Shown here: positions 31,755-32,000 of the stretch, piece by piece
Layout: every line of letters begins with the position of its first letter
Position numbering within the stretch: position 1 is the first letter of the stretch
Source: Dubosiella newyorkensis
GTDB lineage: Bacteria > Bacillota_I > Bacilli_A > Erysipelotrichales > Erysipelotrichaceae
Length of the DNA: 32,000 bases
Assembly (NCBI RefSeq): GCF_001945605.1
Contig: NZ_MPKA01000045.1
Span: forward strand, 13,616 to 45,615
Direction of reading: 5' to 3'
Notes under the pieces: model-generated
What the model saw: only the letters and a program-made list of their open reading frames with translations
Databases searched by the model: none
Told to the model about the DNA's origin: nothing
Translations under genes and position numbers: made by a program

Positions 31755-32000
31755 TCTTGATCACCTACTTTCGAATTTCACGCAATGTTTTCAAAAAGAA
31801 TTCTCTTAGCAGATTATAAATTCCTAGTTCTATCTGGTACTATGTCAAGTTTGAGGACAACCTAAATTTCTGTTTTTTGACAAATCCGAAAAAATTTGTT
31901 CCGCTTTCCATTGACTACGGGTCCCTATCCCTAAGAACCCATTTCTTGTTGCTTTTCAAACTCCCAGCTCTTGCTGCGGCTTGAAAAGCCCCAAGCTTAT

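Noticed and set aside
31945-31975. TTCAAAC...CCCAGCTC string resembling a tRNA/tmRNA T-loop and acceptor end
   Set aside because: The 5 nt on each side of the putative T-loop (TGCTT and TCCCA) are not complementary, and no acceptor stem or CCA context could be built.
1-32000. Search for CRISPR arrays, rRNA/tRNA genes, IS elements, integrases and toxin-antitoxin pairs
   Set aside because: I found no regularly spaced direct repeats, no cloverleaf-compatible segments, and no transposase, recombinase or recognisable TA motifs by eye. A tRNAscan/Infernal/ISfinder run would be needed to exclude them formally.

Overview
This is a 32-kb chromosomal segment that looks like Bacillota (Firmicutes). It has AGGAGG-type ribosome-binding sites (SD), tightly packed genes and many hairpin+T-run terminators shared by convergent genes. 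I recognised no rRNA, tRNA, CRISPR array, transposase or integrase.

Layout:
- 1-~1300: an AT-rich island carrying the 5' part of a P-loop NTPase on the minus strand. I think it is DptF-like, i.e. phosphorothioation-dependent restriction. The gene runs off the left edge.
- 1427-4028 (+): an operon of CBS-domain family II pyrophosphatase, a small protein with a poly-lysine tail, and ThpR.
- 13213-4001 (-): one long, translationally coupled operon. It reads hemA, hemC, cobA/hemD, hemB, hemL, then a SirC-CbiX-like fusion, a DUF5131 (Gp37/Gp68) three-Cys protein with an extra C-terminal Cys cluster, a divergent galactokinase-like GHMP protein and a 101-aa ORF.
- 13.3-22.4 kb: housekeeping and accessory genes. 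These are an SDR, nrdD and nrdG split by an opposite-strand CNNM/CorC gene, a secreted 3D-like protein and an HTH-membrane protein.
- 22.6-27 kb: yccF, then csoR-copA with a clear palindromic CsoR operator. copA carries an in-frame C-terminal CopZ-like domain preceded by its own strong SD. Two unknown membrane genes diverge from the same operator.
- 27-32 kb: an HTH protein plus a polytopic membrane protein, gpmA with a small overlapping upstream ORF, a lipoprotein, and unassigned non-coding sequence at the right edge.

Most unusual:
- The four unassigned genes fused onto the tetrapyrrole operon.
- A ~6-kb block (about 1.4-7.3 kb) with very strong strand asymmetry. The top strand is A+C-rich and G-poor, and the asymmetry crosses genes of both orientations.
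- Strong GATC enrichment in the core DNA but not in the AT-rich island.

All family calls come from reading motifs by eye. No searches were run.
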